Notes: generated from the letters alone by a model not told the origin. A stretch of 53,373 nucleotides of DNA from Minisyncoccota bacterium (GCA_041666045.1 JBAYHR010000005.1:1-53373), one strand, 5' to 3'; positions 1-9,400 are shown, numbered from the stretch's first letter. Numbers and translations: made by a program.

Positions 1-40
1 ATAAAATTCTTTGAAAATATTGGTTTTGTTAGTTAATTTG

Positions 41-82
41 GTGGATTATTTTAGCCCCTTTATGGGAGTTGAAATAATTCAC
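41..82. repeat. imperfect inverted repeat / hairpin (gtggattattttagcccc - tttat - gggagttgaaataattcac)
   Basis: About 18-nt arms with 3 mismatches, read directly. Lies upstream of the first ORF; could be the terminator of an upstream gene. Confidence 0.3.
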
Positions 83-113
83 TAAATTTCTAAATTTTAA
101 AAACCAAAAAGTT

Positions 114-404
114 ATGAAAACAATTATTTTTTTACTTAAATTTTTGTGGAGAATTATAAAAGGAATTTTCACTTTCTTTGGGAACGATGAAGATGGTTCT
201 GATGTTGCTTATACTGGTTCATTTGTCTGTGGACTTATGTGTAGTATAATTTTGTATTTTGAACAATCATTAAAAATAAATTTTTTCTTCTTTTTTATTT
301 TGGCATTTGTAGGTTCTTTTATTTGTGCATATATTATTTGTTTAATAGTAGCAAGTAGAGGAGATCCTGAAGATGTTAGAGGTGATGATCTTAATGGATT
401 CTAA
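114..404 (+). CDS. hypothetical small membrane protein
   Basis: 96-aa ORF with two hydrophobic segments and an acidic C-terminal tail. No family recognised. Confidence 0.35.
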   Translation: MKTIIFLLKFLWRIIKGIFTFFGNDEDGSDVAYTGSFVCGLMCSIILYFEQSLKINFFFFFILAFVGSFICAYIICLIVASRGDPEDVRGDDLNGF

Positions 405-449
405 TATAAATTTAAAAAAGCTGACAATACGTTGGCTTTTTTTATTTTT

Positions 450-1097
450 CTAAAAAGCTTCGAGTAAAAACTTTTCAAAAGCGGATTCGGCGTCTATTCC
501 CTCTTTGCGGGCTTCGGGTAAAAGATAAGAAAGTTTGCTTGCAAAATTATTTATTTCTTCTTCTTTAAATTTACCAAAATTCTTTTTTAGAATCATATCT
601 TTCGCTTTCCAAAACAAAACCCCGATAAGCTCTTCCATTCCTACTCCTTTATCTATAGCTTGTCTAAAATGAATCCATAAATTCAACTTGTCTCTTTTTT
701 CAAAATCATAAGCTAAAATAAAATTATCATATTTTTCTTTTTTCTCTTTCGGTAATTCAAAAATATTTAATTCTGCCCGAGCTTTCCTAAAAGCATCTAA
801 AATAGGCTTGTTTAATTTACTCTCAATAAAAACAAAATCATTTTGGGATTCGCTTATCAATTCTAATTTTTTTAAAATAAAATCTCTTATTTCTTCTCTT
901 TCAAAAATATCTGAAAATATTACAACTGATTTTGAGAAAAAAAGTCCACTTCCAGAATAAAAACTCTCAACTTGCATAGGATTAAAATCATTTTTGCTAA
1001 TAAAAAAAGTTTCTACACTTTTGGGTATAGATTTTATAAATTTTTCAGAAGCGCTATATTTACTTTTTGAATCATCCCCAGCAAAAAGATATATCAT
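450..1097 (-). CDS. possible DNA polymerase III delta subunit-like protein (short)
   Basis: 215 aa. The N-terminus MIYLFAGDDS... and overall helical pattern resemble HolA, but the protein is much shorter than canonical delta. Confidence 0.4.
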   Translation of the reverse strand: MIYLFAGDDSKSKYSASEKFIKSIPKSVETFFISKNDFNPMQVESFYSGSGLFFSKSVVIFSDIFEREEIRDFILKKLELISESQNDFVFIESKLNKPILDAFRKARAELNIFELPKEKKEKYDNFILAYDFEKRDKLNLWIHFRQAIDKGVGMEELIGVLFWKAKDMILKKNFGKFKEEEINNFASKLSYLLPEARKEGIDAESAFEKFLLEAF

Positions 1098-1100
1098 AAA

Positions 1101-1643
1101 TTACAACTTTACTGATTTTTTATATTCAAGATACGGATCACCATATTTATCAGCTAAAATAACCTCTTCTTTTTTTAGGAAAACAAACTTAGTAACAATA
1201 AAAGAAATAATTGTAGAAAATATTATAAAAATAGCATTTGCTAAAATTCCAAAACCTAACATTAAAATAAAAAGTCCCCAATGAGTTGGATTTTTAGTAA
1301 ACGAATACGGTCCATTTAAAAAAGTTTCTTTTGTTATATTTTCTTTTATCTTTTCTTTCTTAAATTTATTTGAAGCATTTTGTGCCCAAATTATTAAAAT
1401 AGATGCAAAAATAAGCAAAACCACACTAATAGGCATTAATATATTTTGATAAGGAATATCTATTCTAAAAAAAGCATCCAAAGAAATACCAACTAAAAGC
1501 ATAACAAAATAAAAAGTATAAGAATGCGCTTGTATCGCGTGCACACTCAACTGGGGAATAGCCTTCATTTTCGAAAAAGCCTCACTTTTCTCTATTTTTA
1601 CTATCTCTTCTTTAATATCCATACAAATACAATTATACAACAA
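1101..1643 (-). CDS. isoprenylcysteine carboxyl / phospholipid methyltransferase family membrane protein
   Basis: Multi-pass hydrophobic protein with NGPYSFTKNPTHWGLFILMLGFGI, matching the GPY..RHP.Y.G motif of the ICMT/PEMT family. An alternative start (MDIKEE) lies at 1622. Confidence 0.55.
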   Translation of the reverse strand: MLYNCICMDIKEEIVKIEKSEAFSKMKAIPQLSVHAIQAHSYTFYFVMLLVGISLDAFFRIDIPYQNILMPISVVLLIFASILIIWAQNASNKFKKEKIKENITKETFLNGPYSFTKNPTHWGLFILMLGFGILANAIFIIFSTIISFIVTKFVFLKKEEVILADKYGDPYLEYKKSVKL

Positions 1644-1658
1644 AAAATAACAAAAATA

Positions 1659-4082
1659 CTATTTCGCTTCACCTAAATTATTTCCACACCCAAAATGCAC
1701 TGAAAGAGGAATATCGGTCTTAAAATGCAAATATGACCTTTCTAAGACGCTTTCCATGGCATTTTCTATTATTTTTTCAGCTTGTTTAATAACATCTTCT
1801 TCTATTTCATAAACCAATTCATCGTGTATTTGGAGAACCAAGTGTACTTTTGACAATAAACCTGCTTTTTCTAAATCTTCATGAGCATAACGAATAGCAA
1901 GCTTAATAAGATCTGCGGCCGTCCCCTGTACAGGAGCATTTGTAGCTGTACGCTCTGCCATATTTTTCAAAAATGGAATTCTTGATTTTATATTTGGAAA
2001 ATATCTTTTTCTACCAAATAAAGTTTCACTATATGTATTTTGGACAGCAAAATCTTTTACACTTTCTAAATAATCTCGCACTCCAGAAAATTGATTGAAA
2101 TAATTATCATAAAACTTTTGAGCTTCTTCACGAGTTCCTCCTAAGTTTTTCTTCAAACTAGAAACTCCCATTCCATAAATAATTCCAAAATTTATAACTT
2201 TAGCCCTGCGACGCATTTCATTATCAACTTTTTCTATTGGTACATTAAAAACAAAAGATGCTACACCAGCATGAATATCTTTTTTTTCACGAAAAATTTG
2301 TGTCATTTTTTTATCACCTGAAAGCATTGCTACGACTCGAAGCTCAATCTGACTATAATCAAATGCTGACAATTTGTATCCTTTCTGCGCTACAAATCCT
2401 CCTCTGATTCTTCTCCCTAATTCTGATTTAATTGGCAAGTTTTGTAAATTTGGGTCTTGAGAAGAAAATCTTCCTGTCGTCGTACCGTTTTGCAAAAACT
2501 TCGCATGTAATCTGCCATCATCACTAACCATTTTAGGAATCACATCGATGTAAGTAGAAAGAAGTTTTTGTAATTCTCTATGAGCCATTATTTCTTTTAT
2601 TATCGGATTACCTTCTTCAAGCTCTTCAAGAACTGAAATTTTTGTAGAAAAAGATCCACTCGCATTTTTTTTCTTACTTGATTTCATCCCCATCTTATCA
2701 AAAAGAACTTCTCCTAATTGCTTTGGAGAGTTTATATTAAACTCTGTTCCAGCCATTTCATATATTTTTTTAGTAATTTTATCTAATTCTTTATGATATT
2801 CTTTTGATAAATCTTCAAAATATTTTTTATCTATAAGGATTCCACGGTCTTCCATAGCTTTCACTATATGAATGATAGGTTTTTCAACTTCTTCAAAAAC
2901 AAGAGTTAGTTTTTCATCTTTCAATTTATTTAAAATATATTCTTCTGCTGTTTTAAAAGAGCTTGTTTTTGCATACAATAAAATATCATCAAGTGTTGGA
3001 CTCGTCATATCTGAATTTATAAGCCATAAAGCAATAGATGTTTGTTGTAATTGGTCTGGATCTACCAAGGAAGAATTATCTCCAGAAAGCGAGTTCAGAG
3101 AATTTTCGAGCTGGTCTGGACCCAAGCCGAGGACCCGAGAAAATTCTTCTGAACTCGCTTTCTGACTATTCTCAAAAAAACCTCTTAAACGTGAAAACAA
3201 ACTTCTAAATTCAAATTCAGAAAAAATTTGTTCAACTTTTTTCAAATCTGCATTTTCCCAAAAAGTTTTTTCTGGTAAAACAAAATTTATTGGAGCATCA
3301 GTTCTAATCGTTGCCAAGGTTTTTGAAAACAAAGCTTCTTCTTCGTTTTCTTTTACAAGATTAATTATTCTTTCTTTTATACCAGCTTTTTTAAAAGATT
3401 CAGGATCTTTTTTTATTTTTTTATAAATATCTTCAATCGTTCCAAAATTTACTATTAAATCTGTAGCTGTTTTTTCTCCTATCCCCTTAATACCAATAAT
3501 ATTATCTGATGGATCCCCTCTCAATCCTTTGTAGTCTGGTAAAAGTTTTGGCCCAAAACCAAAACGCGCCACAACCGCATCTTCGTCATATAAAATCGTA
3601 TCATTAATTCCTTTCTTTAATGTATAAACTTGAACTTTTTTATCATCCACTAATTGCATCGTATCCATATCTCCAGATGCAATAATTATTTTAATATTTT
3701 TATCTTTTTTAAATTGTTCAGCTATTGTTCCGAGCAAATCGTCAGCTTCAAAACCTGGTGAATCATAAACTGGGATATTAAATGCTTCAAAAATTTTTCT
3801 AGAATTTTTTAATTGAAATATTAAAGCATCATCCGCTTTTGCTCTACCTGCTTTGTAAGCTTCATACGCTTCATGTCGAAAAGTCTTTTGTGGAAGATCA
3901 TAACAAGCCACAATATAGTCTGGTTTTAAATCAGTAATAATCTTCATTAACATTGAAGAAAGACCATACAATGCGCCAGTTGGTTCTCCTTTTGACGATA
4001 AAAACTCAGGCAAGGCATGATAAGCGCGATGTATTATCGCATGAGAATCTAGCAACACTAGAAGTTTTGTTTTATCTTTCAT
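1659..4082 (-). CDS. polA: DNA polymerase I
   Basis: 807 aa. N-terminal 5-prime nuclease domain, and family A polymerase motifs DYSQIELRV, RRRAKVINFGIIYG and QIHDELV. The short linker leaves no full proofreading domain. Carries the GC-rich insertion at 3084-3164. Confidence 0.92.
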   Translation of the reverse strand: MKDKTKLLVLLDSHAIIHRAYHALPEFLSSKGEPTGALYGLSSMLMKIITDLKPDYIVACYDLPQKTFRHEAYEAYKAGRAKADDALIFQLKNSRKIFEAFNIPVYDSPGFEADDLLGTIAEQFKKDKNIKIIIASGDMDTMQLVDDKKVQVYTLKKGINDTILYDEDAVVARFGFGPKLLPDYKGLRGDPSDNIIGIKGIGEKTATDLIVNFGTIEDIYKKIKKDPESFKKAGIKERIINLVKENEEEALFSKTLATIRTDAPINFVLPEKTFWENADLKKVEQIFSEFEFRSLFSRLRGFFENSQKASSEEFSRVLGLGPDQLENSLNSLSGDNSSLVDPDQLQQTSIALWLINSDMTSPTLDDILLYAKTSSFKTAEEYILNKLKDEKLTLVFEEVEKPIIHIVKAMEDRGILIDKKYFEDLSKEYHKELDKITKKIYEMAGTEFNINSPKQLGEVLFDKMGMKSSKKKNASGSFSTKISVLEELEEGNPIIKEIMAHRELQKLLSTYIDVIPKMVSDDGRLHAKFLQNGTTTGRFSSQDPNLQNLPIKSELGRRIRGGFVAQKGYKLSAFDYSQIELRVVAMLSGDKKMTQIFREKKDIHAGVASFVFNVPIEKVDNEMRRRAKVINFGIIYGMGVSSLKKNLGGTREEAQKFYDNYFNQFSGVRDYLESVKDFAVQNTYSETLFGRKRYFPNIKSRIPFLKNMAERTATNAPVQGTAADLIKLAIRYAHEDLEKAGLLSKVHLVLQIHDELVYEIEEDVIKQAEKIIENAMESVLERSYLHFKTDIPLSVHFGCGNNLGEAK
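3084..3164 (-). repeat. 81-nt GC-rich palindromic insertion element, in frame in polA
   Basis: Arms cagaaagcgagttcagagaattttc / gaaaattcttctgaactcgctttctg flank the core gagctggtctggacccaagccgaggacccga. The core is homologous to the cca element at 50197-50282. Confidence 0.7.
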
Positions 4083-4104
4083 AATTATAAAAATTATAGC
4101 ATTT

Positions 4105-4539
4105 TTAAATAGTTTTTATTTTAAAACTCCTATACCCTTCTTTTGTATGAGATATTAAAACCTTATGATGCTTTTTGGGTATAGATTTTATTATATTTTC
4201 AGGCCATTCAATAAAAACTATATGTTTTGGATTAGCAATTATCTCTTTCCACCCAATATGAATCAACTCTTTTTCATTTTTTAAACGATAAGCATCCAAA
4301 TGAAATAAATTTTCAAAATCTTTATGTTTTAAAGCATAACGCTTCATAATTACAAAAGTTGGACTGTTTATTTTTCTTTTTATCCCTAAATTTTTTGCAA
4401 AAAAGTGAGAGAAGGTTGTTTTCCCAGTTCCCAGTTCACCATATAAGCCAACAATAGTAGCTCCTTTTTTATTAGGATTTATTTTTTTTAAAAATGCTTT
4501 TGCTATTTCTTCTGTTTCTTTTGTGTTTTGGGAAATCAT
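4105..4539 (-). CDS. tsaE: tRNA t6A37 biosynthesis ATPase TsaE (YjeE)
   Basis: 144 aa. Walker A motif GELGTGKTTF, with typical size and layout. Confidence 0.8.
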   Translation of the reverse strand: MISQNTKETEEIAKAFLKKINPNKKGATIVGLYGELGTGKTTFSHFFAKNLGIKRKINSPTFVIMKRYALKHKDFENLFHLDAYRLKNEKELIHIGWKEIIANPKHIVFIEWPENIIKSIPKKHHKVLISHTKEGYRSFKIKTI

Positions 4540-4603
4540 ATCTATTTTATGATTTTAACATACTCTTTAATTTAAAGTTAAAATAAGTTATACTTAATCC
4601 AAT

Positions 4604-6301
4604 ATGGCAGATTTTGATGAAGAAAAACAAAATAAACAATTAGAAGACATACATAAACTAGAAGAAGAGCAATTAGTGGCAATATTAGCTCAATCAAAAT
4701 ATAACTTGCCTTATATTGATCTTTCTCGTTTAGGAATAGACAACGAAGCGCTTAGAGCAATAGATGAAAAAGACGCGCGCGAAATGAAAATTGCACCTTT
4801 TAAACTTTCTGGAAAAAATATTCTTATAGCACTTCGCTCACCTTCAGACGAACTAATCGCAAAAATAAAAGAACAAGTTGAAAGAAAAAATTTAGTTCCT
4901 ACTTTTTATATGGCATCTTTAGCAAGTTTAACTAAAGTTTGGGACAGATATAAAGAAATTTCAATGGCTGAAAGTTCAAAAACTGGGGGCTTGGATATTT
5001 CTGCAGAAATTTTACATGACACTGCAAAAAATATTGAAAAAATGCAAGATATTGAAAAATTAATAAAAGAAGCAATGGAAGGAAATCAAATACATAAAAT
5101 TTCTCGCATACTTGAAATTATACTTGCTGGCGCAATTGCAATCAAAGCTTCAGACGTACACATAGAACCAGAAAAAGAACAAAGCAGATTGAGACTTCGC
5201 TTAGATGGCGTTCTTCAAGATGTAATGTTTTTCGGATCTGATGTGTATCATTTGCTTAATTCCAGAATAAAACTTTTGTCTGGAATGAAACTAACTTCAA
5301 AAATTGCGCAAGATGGACGTTTTAGTATTATGGAAGAAAATGAGGAATTAAATATTCGTACTTCCCTTATTCCCGGAGCTTATGGTGAATCTATTGTTAT
5401 GCGTATTTTGGATCCAAAATCTATTCAAGTAAATCTTGAAGATATCGGGATAGAACCATATCTTTTTTCTGTAATACAACAAGAAATAGCTAAACCAAAC
5501 GGCTTAATATTAGTAACAGGACCAACCGGATCCGGAAAAACCACAACTTTATATGCTTTTTTAAGAAAAATATATTCTTCAGAAATAAAGATTATAACCA
5601 TTGAAGATCCAATAGAATATCACTTAGACGGAATTACTCAAACTCAAACAGATTCTAAAAAAGGTTATACGTTCTTAGAAGGTTTACGTTCAGCTCTTCG
5701 ACAAGACCCAGACGTAGTAATGGTCGGAGAAATTCGAGACAATGAAACTGCAAAAATTGCTGTCGAATCAGCTCTTACTGGACACTTAGTTTTCTCAACT
5801 CTACACACAAACAATGCGGCTGGAGTTATTCCCCGCCTTATTGATCTTGATGTAAATCCAAAAATTATGGTTTCCGCGCTTTCCCTTTCAATCGCTCAAC
5901 GTTTGGTGCGTAAGCTTTGCCAAGTTTGTAAAAAAGAAAAAGCTCTTACAGAAGAAGAAACAAAAGTTATAAAAATAATAATGGATAGTATAAAAGAAGA
6001 AGGAAAAGATTTAAAAAATTATAATATCAATCCTGACGCACCTTTCAAAATTTTCTCATCTGTTGGTTGTGAAAAATGTAATATGACAGGATTTAAAGGA
6101 CGAATAGGTATCTTTGAAGCCATTAAAACAGACGAAGCAATTGAAAAAATAATGCCTGAAAATCCTAGTGAACGTGAAATTAAAAAAGTTGCGCGAGCGC
6201 AAGGTATACTTTCAATGCGCCAAGATGGAATCGTAAAAATTTTAAATGGTATTACTTCAATAGAAGAAGTGCAAAGCGTCGTTGATTTAAACGAAGAATA
6301 A
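4604..6301 (+). CDS. GspE/PilB-family type II secretion / type IV pilus assembly ATPase
   Basis: 565 aa. Walker A GPTGSGKTTTLY, motifs DPDVVMVGEIRD and HLVFSTLHTN, and a C-terminal tetracysteine motif (CQVCKK...CEKCNMTG). Confidence 0.88.
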   Translation: MADFDEEKQNKQLEDIHKLEEEQLVAILAQSKYNLPYIDLSRLGIDNEALRAIDEKDAREMKIAPFKLSGKNILIALRSPSDELIAKIKEQVERKNLVPTFYMASLASLTKVWDRYKEISMAESSKTGGLDISAEILHDTAKNIEKMQDIEKLIKEAMEGNQIHKISRILEIILAGAIAIKASDVHIEPEKEQSRLRLRLDGVLQDVMFFGSDVYHLLNSRIKLLSGMKLTSKIAQDGRFSIMEENEELNIRTSLIPGAYGESIVMRILDPKSIQVNLEDIGIEPYLFSVIQQEIAKPNGLILVTGPTGSGKTTTLYAFLRKIYSSEIKIITIEDPIEYHLDGITQTQTDSKKGYTFLEGLRSALRQDPDVVMVGEIRDNETAKIAVESALTGHLVFSTLHTNNAAGVIPRLIDLDVNPKIMVSALSLSIAQRLVRKLCQVCKKEKALTEEETKVIKIIMDSIKEEGKDLKNYNINPDAPFKIFSSVGCEKCNMTGFKGRIGIFEAIKTDEAIEKIMPENPSEREIKKVARAQGILSMRQDGIVKILNGITSIEEVQSVVDLNEE

Positions 6302-6348
6302 AAACCCAAATTTATAATTTGAGTTTTTAAAAATTAGAAACTAAAAAA

Positions 6349-6491
6349 GCATTAATCTCCAAACAATCCTTTTAGGGCTATGCCCCGAAAGTAATAAATT
6401 CTTGAAGGATAGCACCAGCGAACTAATAAAAGTGCCAGAACGTCCTACGCAAACTTATATAACCAATGGCTGATTGCTTAGAGATTAATGC
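6349..6491. ncRNA. candidate structured RNA or palindromic element of unknown class
   Basis: A 20-nt closing inverted repeat, gcattaatctccaaacaatc / gattgcttagagattaatgc (2 mismatches), encloses about 100 nt with at least two internal hairpins (ctttTAgggcTATgcccCGaaag; ggatagcac...gtgcc...gtcc). It sits in a 319-nt intergenic gap. No SRP, 6S, RNase P or tmRNA signature was recognised. Confidence 0.3.
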
Positions 6492-6620
6492 TCTCTAAAA
6501 AATAAAACAAGGTCTTAAACCTCTTGTATTAAGTATACTATATTCCCGACGAATCAAATGGTATAATGTGGATACTGTGTTGATAATGTACTTAGCATAG
6601 TCTAGCATATAATAAAATCA

Positions 6621-7664
6621 ATGTCAAGTGATAAAACTAAAAAAATAAATAAAACACCCACAGAAAAAGAATTAAATTCTAGCGAATCTTTCTTAGATCA
6701 AGCTCTCCGCCCTACCCATTGGGATGAATATATCGGCCAAAAACACATAAAAGACAACGTTAAAATACTCTTGAAGGCTGCAGAGGAACGCGGACATATT
6801 CCTGAGCATATATTATTTTACGGACCACCAGGACTAGGAAAAACTACCCTCGCTCACCTCATCGCCCGTGAAACTGGCAAGCAAATGAAGATAACTTCTG
6901 GTCCAGCCATAGAAAAAGTTGGAGATTTGGCTTCAATTCTTACCAATCTGTCTCCTGGAGATATCATCTTTATAGACGAAATTCATAGACTCAATAAAAT
7001 GGTTGAAGAAATACTTTACCCAGCCATGGAGTCTGGTGTTTTAGATATAATTATCGGAAAAGGACCCTCTGCTCGCACAATTCAACTTGATCTTCCTCCT
7101 TTTACTTTAATAGCTGCTACCACTCGTGTCGCACTTGTCTCTTCCCCTCTACGCTCACGTTTCTCTGGTGGAGTTTTTAGATTAGAGTTTTATTCAAATG
7201 AAGAAATTGCACAAATAATAAAAAGATCTAGTAAGTTACTTGATACAGAATTAGAAGAACAAGCTTTGTGTGAAATAGCACAAAGAAGTAGATTCACACC
7301 AAGAACAGCGAATTACTTTTTAAAAAGATGTCGTGATTATGCTCAAGTAAATAAAAAACAATTAGATAAAGAAACCGTGAAGGGTGCTCTTAATATGCTT
7401 TCAATAGATGAAATTGGATTAAATTCTTCTGATAGAAAATTTTTAGAAATATTAATTGAAAAATTCAAAGGTGGACCTGTTGGATTAAAAACAATGGCTG
7501 CTGCCCTCTCTGAGGAAGAAGCAACTATTGAAGAAGTTATTGAACCATATTTAATACAGCTTGGACTTCTTGATCGCACCCCAAAAGGAAGAATTGCCAC
7601 AAAAAAAGCATATAAGCATTTGGGATTTGATTTTCCAGAAAATTTACAAAATAAACTTTTATAA
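6621..7664 (+). CDS. ruvB: Holliday junction branch migration ATPase RuvB
   Basis: 347 aa with GPPGLGKTTLA, IIFIDEIHRL and a typical C-terminal winged-helix region. Confidence 0.95.
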   Translation: MSSDKTKKINKTPTEKELNSSESFLDQALRPTHWDEYIGQKHIKDNVKILLKAAEERGHIPEHILFYGPPGLGKTTLAHLIARETGKQMKITSGPAIEKVGDLASILTNLSPGDIIFIDEIHRLNKMVEEILYPAMESGVLDIIIGKGPSARTIQLDLPPFTLIAATTRVALVSSPLRSRFSGGVFRLEFYSNEEIAQIIKRSSKLLDTELEEQALCEIAQRSRFTPRTANYFLKRCRDYAQVNKKQLDKETVKGALNMLSIDEIGLNSSDRKFLEILIEKFKGGPVGLKTMAAALSEEEATIEEVIEPYLIQLGLLDRTPKGRIATKKAYKHLGFDFPENLQNKLL

Positions 7665-7668
7665 ATTT

Positions 7669-8064
7669 TTAGCCAATAAAAATATTATTCCCATCTGAAT
7701 AACCTTCAATTACTTCAACTTTTTCATTAGTAAAATATTCTATAGTATTTAATTCAATTGTTTTTTTAAATAATTCATTTGAATAAAGAGGTGGTGCACC
7801 TTCTGCACGAGATATAGTTATATGTGGATATTTATTTTTTGATTTTGTATTTTCAACAAGAAGATCGTCACCAAACTCATCATATGCACGACCAATTATT
7901 TTTATTGTTGATCCTTTACCAATTTCAATTCTGTTTAAATTACTAGGTTTAAATTCAATAGTTGAGTGATGCCCAAAAATTTTCTTATGTTTTGGTGGAA
8001 ATCTTTTTAATAGATCTGATACATCTTTAACAAAAAAAGCTGTATATCTTATATTTTCTTTCAT
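7669..8064 (-). CDS. hypothetical protein, possible 2H phosphoesterase-like
   Basis: 131 aa with two H-x-T/S-x motifs (HHSTIEF and PHITIS), as in the 2H/LigT superfamily. Weak call. Confidence 0.3.
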   Translation of the reverse strand: MKENIRYTAFFVKDVSDLLKRFPPKHKKIFGHHSTIEFKPSNLNRIEIGKGSTIKIIGRAYDEFGDDLLVENTKSKNKYPHITISRAEGAPPLYSNELFKKTIELNTIEYFTNEKVEVIEGYSDGNNIFIG

Positions 8065-8126
8065 ATTTTAAGTATATCATGGTTAATCAATTTGCTCTTT
8101 TATTATAAAAACCCTAAAATTGAGTT

Positions 8127-8666
8127 ATGTCAGGACATAATAAATGGGCGCAAATAAAACACAAAAAAGCGATTACTGATTCAAAGAAAAGTAAAATCTT
8201 TTCTAAACTTGTACGTTTTATATCAGTTGAAGCAAAATTAGCAAAAGGCGATCTTAATGCACCAGGACTTCGCGCTTCAATAGAAAAAGCAAAAAAAGTA
8301 AATATGCCTAAAGATATTATTGAAAAAGCTGTCAAAAAAGCTTCTGAGCCTTCAGCTCAAATGGATTCAATCACTTATGAAGCATACGGTCCAGGAGGAG
8401 TGGCTATAATAATAGAAACACTTACTGATAGTAGAAATAGAACAGCGCAAGATATAAAACATATTCTTTCTAAAAATGGATTTGCTCTTTCTAGTATAGG
8501 TGGAGCCGTTTGGGCTTTTTCTAGAGAACAAACGCCTGAAGGTATCGTTTATAATCCAACTACCACTGTCCCCCTTTCTGACGAAGATTTAGAATTATTA
8601 GATAAATTAGTTGATGACTTAGAAGAAAATGATAATATCCAAGATATATATACTAATGCAGAATAA
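8127..8666 (+). CDS. yebC: YebC/PmpR family DNA-binding regulator (short form)
   Basis: N-terminus MSGHNKWAQIKHKKA is the family signature. At 179 aa it is shorter than the usual protein of about 240 aa. Confidence 0.85.
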   Translation: MSGHNKWAQIKHKKAITDSKKSKIFSKLVRFISVEAKLAKGDLNAPGLRASIEKAKKVNMPKDIIEKAVKKASEPSAQMDSITYEAYGPGGVAIIIETLTDSRNRTAQDIKHILSKNGFALSSIGGAVWAFSREQTPEGIVYNPTTTVPLSDEDLELLDKLVDDLEENDNIQDIYTNAE

Positions 8667-8691
8667 AAAAATAAATTACGAATTAGAAAAA

Positions 8692-8712
8692 TACCAAGGG
8701 TTTCCCTTGGTA
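8692..8712. repeat. REP-like palindrome copy 1 (TACCAAGGG-TTT-CCCTTGGTA)
   Basis: Perfect 9-bp stem, followed by TTTT. Lies between the convergent yebC and ORF 8731-9330, so it may double as a terminator. Confidence 0.75.
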
Positions 8713-8730
8713 TTTTAAAAATCAATAGAA

Positions 8731-9330
8731 TTATTTAGTAAAGCGAAAACTATTATAAAATGCTTCAAAATCTGAAGTCTCCTGAGCGTCATTGCTAATA
8801 ATATAAAGTGCACCATTTCGCTTTATATAAACCATTTTAGATGCCCAATTATAAGGTTCTTTGTTGGGAGTAAACGTTACAAGTAATGCCGACATGCCAT
8901 TTATGTTTATATCTTCCTTTATCTCTTTACCATCAATCTCACTTGCTGTAGTTTTCAAGATTTGTGGAAGTTCTGCTTCTTTGTAACCCACACTAACCTC
9001 CCACATGTATCCTCCTTTTTTGGCATAGTATCCACTTTCATTTTTATCTAAAAGGATACCAAAAATAGCACAATTATTTTCAGAAACCCAACCCTTATTG
9101 CTTGGATATTTTATACTATAACCATTCATTGTGTTTGTACAAGTTGCCCAATCTGCTGTTTTGTCTAGAGTTTGCGTTGTGGTTGGAATAGACGTTTGTG
9201 GTAAATTGTTTACCAAAGTATTTTTTTCTTTCTGTTTTGAATTATTTAAGAAAAAATAACCTAACCCTACAACTAATAAAATTATTATAATAACCAACAA
9301 AATCGTATTTAATTTTGATTTGTTTTCCAT
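8731..9330 (-). CDS. hypothetical membrane-anchored / secreted protein
   Basis: 199 aa with an N-terminal TM anchor (LNTILLVIIIILLVVGLGYFF). No family recognised. Bracketed by REP copies 1 and 2. Confidence 0.5.
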   Translation of the reverse strand: MENKSKLNTILLVIIIILLVVGLGYFFLNNSKQKEKNTLVNNLPQTSIPTTTQTLDKTADWATCTNTMNGYSIKYPSNKGWVSENNCAIFGILLDKNESGYYAKKGGYMWEVSVGYKEAELPQILKTTASEIDGKEIKEDININGMSALLVTFTPNKEPYNWASKMVYIKRNGALYIISNDAQETSDFEAFYNSFRFTK

Positions 9331-9379
9331 ATTTTAATTATATCATGAATTCAGATAATATGGATTGCTACCAAGTTGC

Positions 9380-9400
9380 TACCAAGGGGAACCCTTGGTA
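9380..9400. repeat. REP-like palindrome copy 2 (TACCAAGGG-GAA-CCCTTGGTA)
   Basis: Perfect 9-bp stem. Its loop GAA is the reverse complement of the copy 3 loop TTC, so it is inverted relative to copy 3. A partial extra half-site, gctaccaagtt, lies at 9367-9377. Confidence 0.75.

Noticed and set aside
994-1284. 96-aa plus-strand ORF spanning the holA-like / methyltransferase junction; also 8114-8335 (-) opposite yebC
   Set aside because: Both overlap better-supported genes on the opposite strand and have no recognisable features.
6349-6491. Assigning the structured intergenic element to SRP RNA, 6S RNA, RNase P RNA or tmRNA
   Set aside because: None of the signatures I know were seen: the GGAA-capped SRP domain IV with AGCA/GGA loops, the RNase P GGAAAGUCC-type motifs, or a tRNA-like tmRNA end. 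It is left as an unknown class.
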